In this document: piece after piece, positions 36,021-46,410 of the stretch
Position numbering within the stretch: the first letter of the stretch is position 1
Layout: each line of letters opens with the position of its first letter
Source: Spirochaetia bacterium
GTDB taxonomy: Bacteria > Spirochaetota > Spirochaetia > SZUA-6 > Bin103
Reading direction: 5' to 3'
DNA: 64,000 nucleotides
Assembly (NCBI GenBank): GCA_965198005.1
Contig: CBDAOI010000004.1
Location: 1,799,257 to 1,863,256 of the forward strand
Translations under genes and position numbers: made by a program
Notes under the pieces: generated by a model
The model's input: only the letters and a program-made list of their open reading frames with translations
Told to the model about the DNA's origin: nothing
Databases searched by the model: none

Positions 36021-37133
36021 TCAGTCGCCGTTGTCGTCCCATCCGCGTGCGATGGTCTCTGAAATCGATAGTCCGTCGACCGCGGCCTTAGGTTGGTCGC
36101 TCACCCGGGCCGGGCCATCTCCATCTCGGAAGAACCACCTGCCATGCGCGCCCGCCATATAGTCGATGGTCACCGGATGATGGGACACGACGACGATCTG
36201 TTCCAGCGACTCGCCGCACCTCTCCATCGCCTGCGCGAGCCATGGCTGAATCTCCCGCAGAGCGAGGTAGTTGTCAGGTTCGTCGATGAACAGGGAAACG
36301 CGGCGGTCGTCCGTGAGCATAGTCAGGCTGTATAGCGCAATTAAAGCTCGCTGGCCGTCGGATAGCTGATCGAGGCCATAGTCGATCGTGCTGTTGGATG
36401 GACCGCGAAACGTAACTTTGAGAGCGCGCGAGTTCTCGCCGGATTCTCTGAGTCTGAGTGAAGCGAAGCTCGGAAGAGATTCGCGCAGTGTCTCGAACAG
36501 CGCTCCTACGGAGCCCATGTTCTCCTGGGAATAGTGGCGGTACCAGCCGACAAAGTTGTCCATGAGAGGCTTAAGAAAGTCGTCTTCCGTCCTGGTTTCG
36601 GGCTTGATCAGGGGCGCACATGGACGTACGATTATGTAGTTTTGAAGATCTTTCTTGAACTTGGTCAACTTCTGATTATCGGGTCGTTCGTTCAGTGTAC
36701 CTACTCCGGAGAGCGTCCAATCGAACGGATAGGCAGGACCCTCGTTGTAGTCGTCATGGTACAGTTGAGCTTCGCCATTCCTGAATTCAAAGATCGGTCT
36801 TCCGTCATGTTCAAGGGTTTCTTTCAGTATCCTCATTCTGTCACGATCCGGGTCGTGTTCTACTTCGAGTCCGTAAACGTAAGAATGCCCATCGACGCTG
36901 GTCGCGATTTCGAAACGCTGTACGTTTCGCTTTCTGTTCAATGTCAGATCACGTGCCGGCAATACTTCGTCGATCCTGGCCCCGCGCACGACCAGATGTT
37001 GGATCCTTCGTAGTACGTCGAGCACTGACGTCTTGCCGGTGCCGTTGGCGCCAAGCAAGACGTTTGCTTCATCGAGCTCAAGTTCGAAATTGGTCAGGCA
37101 CCGGAAGTTGTCGGCATAGAGTCTCTTCAGCAT
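36021..37133 (-). CDS. AAA_21/AbiEii-like ABC-type ATPase
   Basis: NFRCL, GANGTGKT, LSDGQ, FIDEPDN, SHHP. Confidence 0.9.
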   Translation of the reverse strand: MLKRLYADNFRCLTNFELELDEANVLLGANGTGKTSVLDVLRRIQHLVVRGARIDEVLPARDLTLNRKRNVQRFEIATSVDGHSYVYGLEVEHDPDRDRMRILKETLEHDGRPIFEFRNGEAQLYHDDYNEGPAYPFDWTLSGVGTLNERPDNQKLTKFKKDLQNYIIVRPCAPLIKPETRTEDDFLKPLMDNFVGWYRHYSQENMGSVGALFETLRESLPSFASLRLRESGENSRALKVTFRGPSNSTIDYGLDQLSDGQRALIALYSLTMLTDDRRVSLFIDEPDNYLALREIQPWLAQAMERCGESLEQIVVVSHHPVTIDYMAGAHGRWFFRDGDGPARVSDQPKAAVDGLSISETIARGWDDNGD

Positions 37134-37289
37134 GGCATGTCACCCGGCTTGTCGGCGGTTGTTGAACGTGTTTATCGTATGCGAAGTCCCGGTCACGGTG
37201 TCAACCGGGGGAGCACCGTGGCTGGGATGCGCGGGGCGGTAGCCACGCCGGGCGGTTTTGGGGCACTCTCACGGCCATGAGGATTTCTG

Positions 37290-38102
37290 ATGGCTGAGGG
37301 GCGACTGGCGGGCAAGGTCGCGATCGTGACCGGGGCGGGTGCCCATGAGACGGGGTTGCTGGGGACGGGCCGTGCCATTGCGGTGGCGCTGGCGCGGGAG
37401 GGGGCGCGCGTAGTGGTGGCCGACCGCGAGCGGGCGAACGCCGACCGGACGCTGGCCCAGATCGAAAGCGAGGGCGGCACCGGCTCGGTGTTCGTGGGCG
37501 ACCTGACCCGCAGCGACCAGTGCGCGACGCTGGCCGCGGCGGCGGTGGAACGCTACGGCCGGCTGGACGTGCTGGTGAACAACCTGGGCGGCCACGGCCG
37601 CGGCACGGTCACGGACATGACCGAGGAAACGGTGGACTTCGCGCTCGACTTGAACCTCAAGAGCGCGATGTTCACGAGCAAGCACGCGATTCCGCACATG
37701 GCGGCGACGGGGGGCGGTTCGATCATCAACGTCACGTCGATCGACGGGCTCAGCGCGGGCATGGCGTTCAACACGCCCTACGGCGTGGCCAAGGGCGCGC
37801 TGGTGATGCTGGCCAAGAACACCGCGGCCTACCACGGGCGGCAGGGGATTCGCGCCAACTGCATCGCGCCGGGACACCTGCGCGCGGCGTTCACCACCGG
37901 CATGCCGGCGGAGGTGCACGACCTGCGCCGGCGCGCGGCCCCGCTCGGCACCGAGGGCACGGCCTGGGACATCGCCTGGGCGGCGGTGTTTCTCGCCAGC
38001 GACGAAGCGCGCTGGATCTCCGGCGTCACCCTGCCGGTGGACGGCGGCCTGCTGGCGGCCGCGCCGCTGACCGCCCACCGCTACATGCAGGACGATCAGT
38101 AG
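37290..38102 (+). CDS. SDR family oxidoreductase
   Basis: TGAG...G, YGVAK, LPVDGG. Confidence 0.9.
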   Translation: MAEGRLAGKVAIVTGAGAHETGLLGTGRAIAVALAREGARVVVADRERANADRTLAQIESEGGTGSVFVGDLTRSDQCATLAAAAVERYGRLDVLVNNLGGHGRGTVTDMTEETVDFALDLNLKSAMFTSKHAIPHMAATGGGSIINVTSIDGLSAGMAFNTPYGVAKGALVMLAKNTAAYHGRQGIRANCIAPGHLRAAFTTGMPAEVHDLRRRAAPLGTEGTAWDIAWAAVFLASDEARWISGVTLPVDGGLLAAAPLTAHRYMQDDQ

Positions 38103-38121
38103 CGCACACCAGCGATAACAT

Positions 38122-39501
38122 CTAGTCGCCCAGGACATCGCGCACCGCGGCGGCCACGATCTCGACCATGCGGTCGAGCTCGGCGGCGGTCGTGACCACC
38201 GGCGGCGCCAGCAGGAACACGTCGCCGCGCATGCGGCTGAACAGCCCGCGGCGCTGCGCCGCGGCGTGCACCCGCGCCCCGACGTTGTCGGCCGCCGGGT
38301 ACTCCGCCTTGGTCGCGCGGTCCTGCACCAGCTCCACGCCGCACATCAGCCCCAGGCCGCGCACCTCGCCCACGTGCGGATGGTCGCCGAGCGCGGCGTG
38401 CAGCCCCGCCAGCAGCCGTTCGCCCTTGGCCGCGGCCTGCGCCGGGAACTGTTCGTCCACGATGATGTCGACCGCGCGCAGCGCCACCGCGCAGCCCACC
38501 GGGTGGGCGCTGTAGGTGTAGGCGTGCATCCACGGGGTGGGGGCGCCGTCCAGCACCGCGGCGATCCGGTCGTTCACGCCGACGCCGCCGAGCGGAAAGT
38601 AGCCCGACGTCACGGCCTTGGCGAACTGCATCAGATCGGGCTCCACGCCCCAGTGGTCGAGCGCGAACAGCTTGCCGGTGCGGCTGAAGCCGGTGATCAC
38701 CTCGTCCGCCACCAGCAGTACGTCGTAGCGGTCGCAGATCTCGCGGATGCGGGGGAAGTAGTCGTCCTGCGGCACGATCACCCCGCCCGCGCCCTGCACC
38801 GGCTCGGCCATGAACATCGCCACCGTGTCCGCGCCCGCGCGCTGAATCGCCCGCTCCAGCTCGTCCGCCGCCGCCACCCCCTGGCTGACGCCGGCCGGCG
38901 CCTGGTAGCGGTAGGGGTAGGGGGAGGGGATGTGGATGAAGCCGGGCACGCGCGGCTCGAACGCCGGCCAGTAGGTGGCGATGCCGGTAGCGCTCATGGC
39001 CGCCAGCGTCACCCCGTGGTAGCCCCAGCGGCGCGAGATCACCTTGACCTTGTCCGGCTTGCCGAGCAGCTTCCAGTAGGAACGGGCCAGCTTGAAGCTG
39101 GTCTCGCTCGCCTCGCCGCCGCCCGAGGTGAAGAAGAAGCGGTTGATCGAAGGGTAGGTCAGCCCGGCCAGCCGCTCGGCCAGCTCGATCGCTGGCGGGC
39201 TCGAGCTGCCGGCGTAGGCCGAGCAGTAGGCGAGCGTCGCCATCTGCGCCGCCGCCGCCTCGACCAGCTCGCGGCGGCCGTGTCCGGCCACCACGTTCCA
39301 CAGACCGGACAGGCCGTCCAGGTAGCGCCTGCCGTCGGCGTCCACCAGCACGGCGCCCTCGCCCTTGACCCACACGTGCCCCTCCAGGTGCGTGCTGCGG
39401 CTGTGGATCGGGTGGATCAGGTGGCGCAGGTCGCGTTCCAGATAGTCGGCCCTGGTGGTCGAGGTCGGTGGCATCGTGGATGTCGGTGGCATCGTCGGCA
39501 T
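38122..39501 (-). CDS. class III aminotransferase
   Basis: DGLSGLW, EPVQGAGG, DEVITGF.RTG, AKAVTSGY. Confidence 0.95.
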   Translation of the reverse strand: MPTMPPTSTMPPTSTTRADYLERDLRHLIHPIHSRSTHLEGHVWVKGEGAVLVDADGRRYLDGLSGLWNVVAGHGRRELVEAAAAQMATLAYCSAYAGSSSPPAIELAERLAGLTYPSINRFFFTSGGGEASETSFKLARSYWKLLGKPDKVKVISRRWGYHGVTLAAMSATGIATYWPAFEPRVPGFIHIPSPYPYRYQAPAGVSQGVAAADELERAIQRAGADTVAMFMAEPVQGAGGVIVPQDDYFPRIREICDRYDVLLVADEVITGFSRTGKLFALDHWGVEPDLMQFAKAVTSGYFPLGGVGVNDRIAAVLDGAPTPWMHAYTYSAHPVGCAVALRAVDIIVDEQFPAQAAAKGERLLAGLHAALGDHPHVGEVRGLGLMCGVELVQDRATKAEYPAADNVGARVHAAAQRRGLFSRMRGDVFLLAPPVVTTAAELDRMVEIVAAAVRDVLGD

Positions 39502-39504
39502 TGG

Positions 39505-40734
39505 TCAGCTCTCCCAGTACCGTTTCAGGGCCGCGAGCCCCTCTTCCGCGTCGGTCACGTCGATTCCCGAGTAGGCGAACCGCACGTACACCCGCGGCTC
39601 GTCCGGCGCGCCGCGGCCGAAGTGGCCGCGCGAGCAGAACGACACGCCGGTGCGGCGCATGGTGTCGATCCGAAACGCCTGCTCGTCGGCCGCGCGCCGC
39701 GTCATGGAGAATCCCCGGCGCCGGTACACCTCGGTCACGTCGGCGAACAGGTAGAAGGTTGCGTCGGACGCCGGCACCGTTACGCCGTCGATGGCGTTGA
39801 GGCGGTCGGTGATCAGAGCGCGCCGTTGCCGGAGGCTGCGCAGAATGTGCCGCACCCCGCCCTGGTCCCCCTGCAGCGCCTCCAGCCCGGCCATCTGGAC
39901 GAAGTGGTTGGTGCACGACTCGTCGTTGGTGTTGATCTTGGTGATGACGTCGATCACCGGCTGCGGGCCGATCGCGGCGCCCAGCCGCCAGCCGGTCATC
40001 GCGTATTTCTTGGAGAAGGTGTAGCCGATCATGGTGCGCTCGCTCATCCCTTCCTGCTCGACGATGGTATGGCTGCTGCCGGCGTAGCGGATATCGACGT
40101 AGGGGTCGTCGGACAGCACCCACAGGTCGCGCTCCCGCGCCTGGGCGGCGAGCCACTCCAGCTCGTCGCGGTTGGCGTCGGCGCCGGTCGGGTTGTGCTG
40201 CGCGTTCACGATCAGCACGCGGGTGGTGTCGTTCATCGCGTGCTGCACCGAGTTCAGGTCAATCCGGAAGCGGCCGTCCTCGACGGTGTAGGCGTAGGGC
40301 TGACCGCGTCCGCCCAGGAAGTCCACCTGCGACTCGTAGATCGGGTAGCCGGGATTGGGGTAGAGCACGCCGTCGCCGGGCTCCATGATCGCCATCAGGA
40401 ACTTGCCGATGCACGGCTTGCCCCCCGGCTGAATCGACACGTTGGCCGCCCTGTACGGGACCCCGCGCCGCCGGCTGAGGTCGGCCGCCAGCGCCTCGCG
40501 GAGCTGGGGAATGCCGCCGGCCGGCGTGTAGAAGGTCTTGCCGTCGAGCATCGCGCGGTGGGCGGCCTGAATGATGTTCATCGGCGTGCGGAGGTTCATG
40601 TCGCCGAGGTGGAACGGGTAGACCCGGTGGCCCTGAGAAGCCCATGTGGCCGCGTCGCCCGACACCGCGAACGCGGTCTCGGTGCCCAGTTGGGCGATGC
40701 GGCGGGCGATTCGAGGTTGCGAGAGGGCTGGCAT
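39505..40734 (-). CDS. class I/II aminotransferase
   Basis: HNPTG, SDDPY, FSKKYAMTGWRLG. Confidence 0.9.
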   Translation of the reverse strand: MPALSQPRIARRIAQLGTETAFAVSGDAATWASQGHRVYPFHLGDMNLRTPMNIIQAAHRAMLDGKTFYTPAGGIPQLREALAADLSRRRGVPYRAANVSIQPGGKPCIGKFLMAIMEPGDGVLYPNPGYPIYESQVDFLGGRGQPYAYTVEDGRFRIDLNSVQHAMNDTTRVLIVNAQHNPTGADANRDELEWLAAQARERDLWVLSDDPYVDIRYAGSSHTIVEQEGMSERTMIGYTFSKKYAMTGWRLGAAIGPQPVIDVITKINTNDESCTNHFVQMAGLEALQGDQGGVRHILRSLRQRRALITDRLNAIDGVTVPASDATFYLFADVTEVYRRRGFSMTRRAADEQAFRIDTMRRTGVSFCSRGHFGRGAPDEPRVYVRFAYSGIDVTDAEEGLAALKRYWES

Positions 40735-43304
40735 CAATCGGCGACCGCCGGCTCCTGCTCGAGCGCCGCCAGGAACTGGCGCTGCCGCTCCAGACGCCGC
40801 GGGCGGTCGGCCGCGAATCGTTTCACCCCTTCGCAGATCGAGTCGGCGTCCAGGCGCGCCTCGGCGATCACGTCGCCTTCGGTCCCGCCGGTGAGCCACC
40901 GCTCGTGCCAGTCCGAGGTGAGCGAGTACTCGCTCGTCAGGGGCCCCGGGTCGCGGATCGGCCACACGCGCCGGGTGCCGGTGCTCACCACCATCAGGTC
41001 GGCGCGCGCCTCCGGCGGCAGCACCGCGTCGCGGTAGGCCGCCGGCTGCCGGTCGAACAGCTCCTCGCTGATCGCGGCCACCACCTTCACGTTCACGCCC
41101 GCCTCCTCCAGGCGGGGCAGCGCCTGCACCAGGTTGAAGGTGGAGCTGGACCCTTGCACCAGCACGTAGCCGTCGCGCGGCTTGCCCGCGGCGAAGTCGC
41201 GGATCACGTAGAAGCCCTTGGCGGCCGCGTACAGGTCGCTGTCGCCGAACGAGGCACGGTCCGCCACCGGGAAGTCGGGGCGCGCCACCTCGATCACGAT
41301 GACTCCGACCTGCGCCTCGCGGGCGGCGATCTCGGCGGCGGCGAAGTAGCCGGGCGCCACGTCGTTGTAGTCCCAGAAGCTCAGGCCGATCACCTGGCCG
41401 CGCGGAAACAGGCGCCACACCTGCGGCGCGAAGATGCCGAAGTGGGTGCGCGCGTCGGCCGCGGTCTCGGGGCCGGAGTGGCCGGCGAGGATGTGCAGGA
41501 CCCCGACCCGGAATGGGCTGTCCTGGTTCTGCTGGCTCCACACGCGCGCCGGCAGGTACATCAGCGGCGTGAACGCGCCGTAGCTGCCGCTCAACGCCCA
41601 CACGCCGGCGTGCACCGCGGGGTCAGGCGAGGCGCTCTGTCCCACCAGGCCGATCGCGGTGAGGGTGTTGCACGCCTCCTGGATCGCCGCCTTGAAGCGC
41701 GTGCCCGCCGGATTGGTGACCGGATCGTAGTGGCCGGTGAGCGAGCCCAGCTCGACGTTGATCGAGCTCGACAGGTCGGCCGCCACCGTAATGAAGCGGT
41801 TGTCGGTGACGTGGTTGACCCACTTGATCACTTCCGAGATCGCCCGCCGGGTGCCGGCCAGCTTGCCGGGTTGCTCGAACAGCGTCACCGTGGCCTCGCC
41901 CGCGCCGCCCGGGGTGGCGACGACGCACGGCTCGGTGGGCAGGTTGGCCACCCGCAGCCGCTCGTCCTGGAACGGGTCACGGGTCACGTCGATGCGCAGC
42001 GGCAGCTCGCGCGGGACGGTGTCCGCAATCGCCAGCAGCCGATCCGCCAGCCAGTCGCCGAGGCCGTCCCGGTCCAGCACCGACATCGCCACGTCGATGT
42101 TGGTCATGAACTGGATCAACCGCTCGCGCGGATCGCTCACCGCGCCGTCGCGGATCCCCGCGAACCGCACGCCGAAGCGCTGCTCGAAGGTCTCGGCCAG
42201 CGCCACGAAGTAGGGGACGTTCATCTTCATGTCGTACGGGTGGCTTTCGTAGCTCACCACCTGGTCGCCGAAACCGGGAATGGTGCCGTTCATGGCCGTC
42301 GGCCACCACCCCTTGGTGGTGCGGCCGACCATGATCATGGGCCGCCGGTCGGCGGGATCCCAGTTCTCCATGGTGTGCAGCGCGGCGAGGATGTCGTCGT
42401 AGTCGTTGCCGTGGGCCAGGGAGAGCACGTTCCAGCCGTAGGCCGACCACTGGTCTTCGATCACGTAGGCGTCGATGGCGGCCGGCACCACCCCGTCCAG
42501 CAGCCGATCGTCGATGCCGGCGTTGTTGAACGAGAGCAGGATGCGCAGCCGCTTGCCCACCTGCTGCGCCACCGCCTGGGTCTTGAGTTCCTGGGCGTGG
42601 CCGGCGGTCATCGCGAACTCGCCTTCGAGCGCCATCACCTTGAGCGACGGCGGCGCGCCGGCGAAGTCCCAGAACGCCGCCTTGCCGGCGGAGGTGCCGA
42701 TGCCGATGCCGGAGGGACCGCCGTTGACGTCGTTGGTGAGGTCGGTGGTCTCGGCGTGGCCGGCCAGGGCGCGGATGCCGCGCAGCTTGGCCTGCGCGAA
42801 CCGCGGATGATCGGACAGCCCGTGGTCGGCCAGCAGCGTGGCCAGCGGGCCGGCGCCGCGGCGAAAGCCGAGCGCGTCGATCGGCAGCAGCGCGACGTCG
42901 GGATTGACGTGGTACCGGTCGTCGCCGGTGGCGGCATGGCGGCGCGCGAGCGCTTCGCCCATGATCATCCACAGCGCGTAGGCGGTGGGGATGTTGTGCC
43001 CGCCGGCCAGCAGGAAGCGGTCGGCGTACGGGTGCTTGGGACGGCGATAGTCGTAGCGCAGGCCGCCGGCGTCGGGGCCGGCCAGGTGCAGCGCCACGTT
43101 GTAGGGGGTGTAGGCGAGCGGCCCGCCGAAGTGGCCGGTCTGGGCGTAGTTGCCCAGTAGGGTGAGCGTCATCGCGGTGAGAAACCCGACTTGCTCGAAG
43201 CGGTCACCGTCGTAGTCGGGAATCGGGACGGCGCGCTCGGATGGCGTGTGCGGGGCTCCGCGTTCGCGGATGCCGACGGCTGAGGTTCCATTTGACCCTG
43301 ACAA
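40734..43304 (-). CDS. divergent transketolase-like TPP enzyme
   Basis: GHFGG, DRFLL.GGH, GHAE...GP.G.G, HSG..T.AD.RTH; TTG start after GAGGAG. Confidence 0.75.
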   Translation of the reverse strand: MSGSNGTSAVGIRERGAPHTPSERAVPIPDYDGDRFEQVGFLTAMTLTLLGNYAQTGHFGGPLAYTPYNVALHLAGPDAGGLRYDYRRPKHPYADRFLLAGGHNIPTAYALWMIMGEALARRHAATGDDRYHVNPDVALLPIDALGFRRGAGPLATLLADHGLSDHPRFAQAKLRGIRALAGHAETTDLTNDVNGGPSGIGIGTSAGKAAFWDFAGAPPSLKVMALEGEFAMTAGHAQELKTQAVAQQVGKRLRILLSFNNAGIDDRLLDGVVPAAIDAYVIEDQWSAYGWNVLSLAHGNDYDDILAALHTMENWDPADRRPMIMVGRTTKGWWPTAMNGTIPGFGDQVVSYESHPYDMKMNVPYFVALAETFEQRFGVRFAGIRDGAVSDPRERLIQFMTNIDVAMSVLDRDGLGDWLADRLLAIADTVPRELPLRIDVTRDPFQDERLRVANLPTEPCVVATPGGAGEATVTLFEQPGKLAGTRRAISEVIKWVNHVTDNRFITVAADLSSSINVELGSLTGHYDPVTNPAGTRFKAAIQEACNTLTAIGLVGQSASPDPAVHAGVWALSGSYGAFTPLMYLPARVWSQQNQDSPFRVGVLHILAGHSGPETAADARTHFGIFAPQVWRLFPRGQVIGLSFWDYNDVAPGYFAAAEIAAREAQVGVIVIEVARPDFPVADRASFGDSDLYAAAKGFYVIRDFAAGKPRDGYVLVQGSSSTFNLVQALPRLEEAGVNVKVVAAISEELFDRQPAAYRDAVLPPEARADLMVVSTGTRRVWPIRDPGPLTSEYSLTSDWHERWLTGGTEGDVIAEARLDADSICEGVKRFAADRPRRLERQRQFLAALEQEPAVAD

Positions 43305-43476
43305 AGTTCGTGCTCCTCGGATGGGTTTCTCATCCCGGCTCGCTGTCTCGCCGCGCAGGCTGCGCCCGCGGCCGCCACGCGCGGCCCGGCGGAGAGCGGT
43401 GGCGCAACAGAGAGCTGGGCGAACCGCAGATTGCCCCTGCACTATAGGGCGTCTGCGACCGCCCATCAAGAGGCGG

Positions 43477-43525
43477 TGCTCCCGCGCTCCCGCGCTCCCG
43501 CGTTCCGGCGCTCCGGCGCTCCGGC
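43477..43525. repeat. imperfect 8-bp tandem repeat (gcgctccc/g, about 6 copies)
   Basis: Read directly. Confidence 0.7.
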
Positions 43526-43529
43526 AGAG

Positions 43530-44501
43530 CTACGGGGTCTGGGCGCCGCGGGTCTCCAGGTACAGCGCGTACAGCGACTGGCTGGCGGCCATGAACAGAC
43601 GGTTCTTGTGGCGCCCGCCGAAGCACAGATTGGCACAGATCTCCGGCAGGTGGATACGGCCGAGCAGCTCGCCCTCGGGGGAGTAGCAGTGGACGCCGTT
43701 GAAGCCGCGATCGCCGTTGACGACCGCCCACAGGTTGGCGAACTGGTCGGTGCGAATGCCGTCGGAACCACCCGGATCCAGGTCCGCGAACACCCGCTGC
43801 CCGTGCGCGCGGCCGTCGGCCACGTCGTAGGCGTAGATCACGCGCGGGCAGTCGGGCCGGTGCGAGCGGCCGGTCTCGACCACGTACAGGCGCCGGTAGT
43901 CGGGGGAGAAGCAGAGGCCGTTGGGGGCGGTCATGTCGTCCACCGCCACCGTGAGCGCGCCGCCGGCCGGGTCGAGGCGGTACACGTAGCACGGCAGCTC
44001 GAACTCGGCCCAGTGGCCTTCGTACAGTTTGATGATGCCGTAGCCGGGATCGGTAAACCAGATCGAGCCGTCGGGATGGGTGCAGACGTCGTTGGGAGCG
44101 TTCAGCCGCTTGCCGTCGAAGCGGTCGGCGAGCACGGTGATCGTGCCGTCGTGCTCGGTGCGGGTGACCCGGCGTGAGCCGTGCTCGCACGTGAGCAGCC
44201 GCCCCTGAGCGTCGCGGTAGTTGCCGTTGGGGTTGTTGGCCGGCCGGCGGAAGTCGGTGACCGCGCCGCCGGCGGCGTCGTAGCGCAGAATCCGGTCGTT
44301 GGGGATGTCGCTGAGCAGCAGGCAGTCGTGGTCGCCGAACCAGACCGGTCCCTCGGCCCAGCGCATGCCGGTGAACAGGCGTTCGACGGCGGCGTTGAAC
44401 AGCGTGAGCTTGGCGAAGCGCGGGTCGTGCGCCTCGATGGCGGGGTCGGGGTAGCATAAGACATCGTTCCAGTTACGGCCGGCAATGCGAGAGTCGGGCA
44501 T
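43530..44501 (-). CDS. SMP-30/gluconolactonase family protein
   Basis: AEGPVW, NAPND, PNGLCFSPD, DGIRTD. Confidence 0.92.
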   Translation of the reverse strand: MPDSRIAGRNWNDVLCYPDPAIEAHDPRFAKLTLFNAAVERLFTGMRWAEGPVWFGDHDCLLLSDIPNDRILRYDAAGGAVTDFRRPANNPNGNYRDAQGRLLTCEHGSRRVTRTEHDGTITVLADRFDGKRLNAPNDVCTHPDGSIWFTDPGYGIIKLYEGHWAEFELPCYVYRLDPAGGALTVAVDDMTAPNGLCFSPDYRRLYVVETGRSHRPDCPRVIYAYDVADGRAHGQRVFADLDPGGSDGIRTDQFANLWAVVNGDRGFNGVHCYSPEGELLGRIHLPEICANLCFGGRHKNRLFMAASQSLYALYLETRGAQTP

Positions 44502-44557
44502 GGCCGGGAATATACCACGACTCGGCTGCGGTGGAAGGGCCGGGTGGGGCCGGGCGG

Positions 44558-45091
44558 CTACGACAGGCGGCGCAGTTGTTCGAGGATCGTGCCGGCCGCG
44601 GCGCGGTCGCTGATGCGGCTGCCGACATGCGACCAGCGCACGAACCCGGTGCCGTCGACCACGAAGGTGGCGGGTGCGGCCAAGCCGTCACCGAGCAAGT
44701 CGTACACGCCGTAGTCGCGCACCACCTCGGCTTCGGGATCGTACAGGACCAGGAACGGGATCCCGGCGCGGCTGACGATTCTCTCAGCACCGGCGAGGTT
44801 GTCAGTGCTGATCGCGATCACCTCTGCGCCCAACTCCCGAATCGCCGCGTAGTGTTCTCCCAGCTCGACGAGCTGGCGCCGGCAGTACGTTCACCAGAAC
44901 GCCCGGTAGAACACGAGCACCACCGGACCCTGCTCCAGGGCTGCGCTCAGCGCATGGGTCTCGCCGTCGGTGCCGGGCAGGCTGAACTCCGGCGCATTTT
45001 CTCCCACTGCGGGGGTGGTTGCCCCGAGGGACGCGGGTATGGCCGCCACAATCACGAGCACCGTAAGCCCTATTGCCGTCAACCTGAACAT
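44558..45091 (-). CDS. AhpC/TSA peroxiredoxin-like selenoprotein (UxxC; UGA at 44891-44893)
   Basis: Two track ORFs are in frame across the UGA: VVLVFYRAFW-U-TYCRRQL; hairpin just downstream. Confidence 0.8.
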
Positions 45092-45152
45092 CTACCACTC
45101 AGTGTACGGGGGTCCGGGCATCTCGGCAAGTGCGGCAAGTGCGGTCAACGAG

Positions 45153-46406
45153 CTAATCGTCGCCGGCGTCCGGGCGGCTGGGGGCGTGGTTGCCGTCGCC
45201 GGCGAGCGCGGCCAGCGTGGCCTGCCGGGTGAGGATGCCGAGGAAGCGGCCCTGCTCGCCGAGCACCGCGATCGGCGCCTGATTGTCGGCCGCCAGCGCC
45301 AGCAGCTCGTCCAGGTACCGGTGCCGGTGGGTGGTCGGCGCGCTGGTGCGCACGATCCGGTCCAGGTCGGCGTCGCCGCGTTCGACCGCGGCGGGCAGGT
45401 CGTCGACGTGGATGAAGCCCCGGTAGCGGCGCTCCCCGTCGGTCACGAACCCGAACGTGCGGCGCGCGTCGCGCAACGTCGCCAGAGCGCTGTGCGGCGC
45501 GGTCCGGATCGGCAGCGGGGTGACGCGATCCATCACCACGCCGGCGCTCAGCACCCGCCCGCGGTTGACGTCGCGCACGAACTCTTGCACGTAGTCGTCG
45601 GCCGGGTTGGTGATGATGTCGACCGGGGTGCCGACCTGAATCACCTTGCCGTCCTTGAGGATGGCGATGCGATCGCCCAGCCGCAACGCCTCGTCCAGGT
45701 CGTGGGTGATAAACACGATGGTCTTGTTCAGGTCGCGCTGCAGCCGGATCAGCTCATCCTGCATGTCCCGCCGAATCAGCGGATCGAGCGCGCTGAACGG
45801 CTCGTCCATCAGCAGAATATCGGGATCGGTGCACAGCGCCCGGGCCAGACCGACCCGCTGCTGCATGCCCCCCGATAGCTGGTTCGGCCGCATCTCCTCG
45901 TACCCCTGCAGCCCCACCACCTCGATCCACCGGTTGGCCCGCTCGACCTGCTCCTCCTTTGACACCCCCTGCACGTTCAGGCCGTAGGCGACGTTCTGGA
46001 CCACGTTGCGGTGTGGGAGCAACCCGAAGCGCTGGAACACCATGCTCATCTTGGTGCGCCGCAGCGCCTTGATCTCCCCCGGGCCAAGCTCGACGATGTT
46101 CGCGCCGTCGACCAGTACCTGGCCCGCGGTGGGGTCGATCAGCCGGTTCACGCAGCGCACGAAGGTGGACTTGCCGCTGCCCGACAGGCCCATCACCACG
46201 AAGGTTTCGGCGCCCTTGATCTGCAGGTTGACGTCATGCAGCCCGACCGTGTGGCCGGTGTCGGCGAGAATCTGCTCCTTGCTGGTGCCCGCCTCGACCT
46301 GCGCCATCACTTCCTGCGGGCGCGGACCGAAGATCTTGTACAGGTGCGTTACTTCGATGTCGCTTGGAGAGCCGTTCTCGCTGTCGAGCGCGCCGGCGTC
46401 ACCCAT
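45153..46406 (-). CDS. proV: glycine betaine/proline ABC transporter ATP-binding protein
   Basis: GLSGSGKS, LSGGMQQRVG, CBS-like C-terminus. Confidence 0.92.
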   Translation of the reverse strand: MGDAGALDSENGSPSDIEVTHLYKIFGPRPQEVMAQVEAGTSKEQILADTGHTVGLHDVNLQIKGAETFVVMGLSGSGKSTFVRCVNRLIDPTAGQVLVDGANIVELGPGEIKALRRTKMSMVFQRFGLLPHRNVVQNVAYGLNVQGVSKEEQVERANRWIEVVGLQGYEEMRPNQLSGGMQQRVGLARALCTDPDILLMDEPFSALDPLIRRDMQDELIRLQRDLNKTIVFITHDLDEALRLGDRIAILKDGKVIQVGTPVDIITNPADDYVQEFVRDVNRGRVLSAGVVMDRVTPLPIRTAPHSALATLRDARRTFGFVTDGERRYRGFIHVDDLPAAVERGDADLDRIVRTSAPTTHRHRYLDELLALAADNQAPIAVLGEQGRFLGILTRQATLAALAGDGNHAPSRPDAGDD

Positions 46407-46410
46407 ATCG

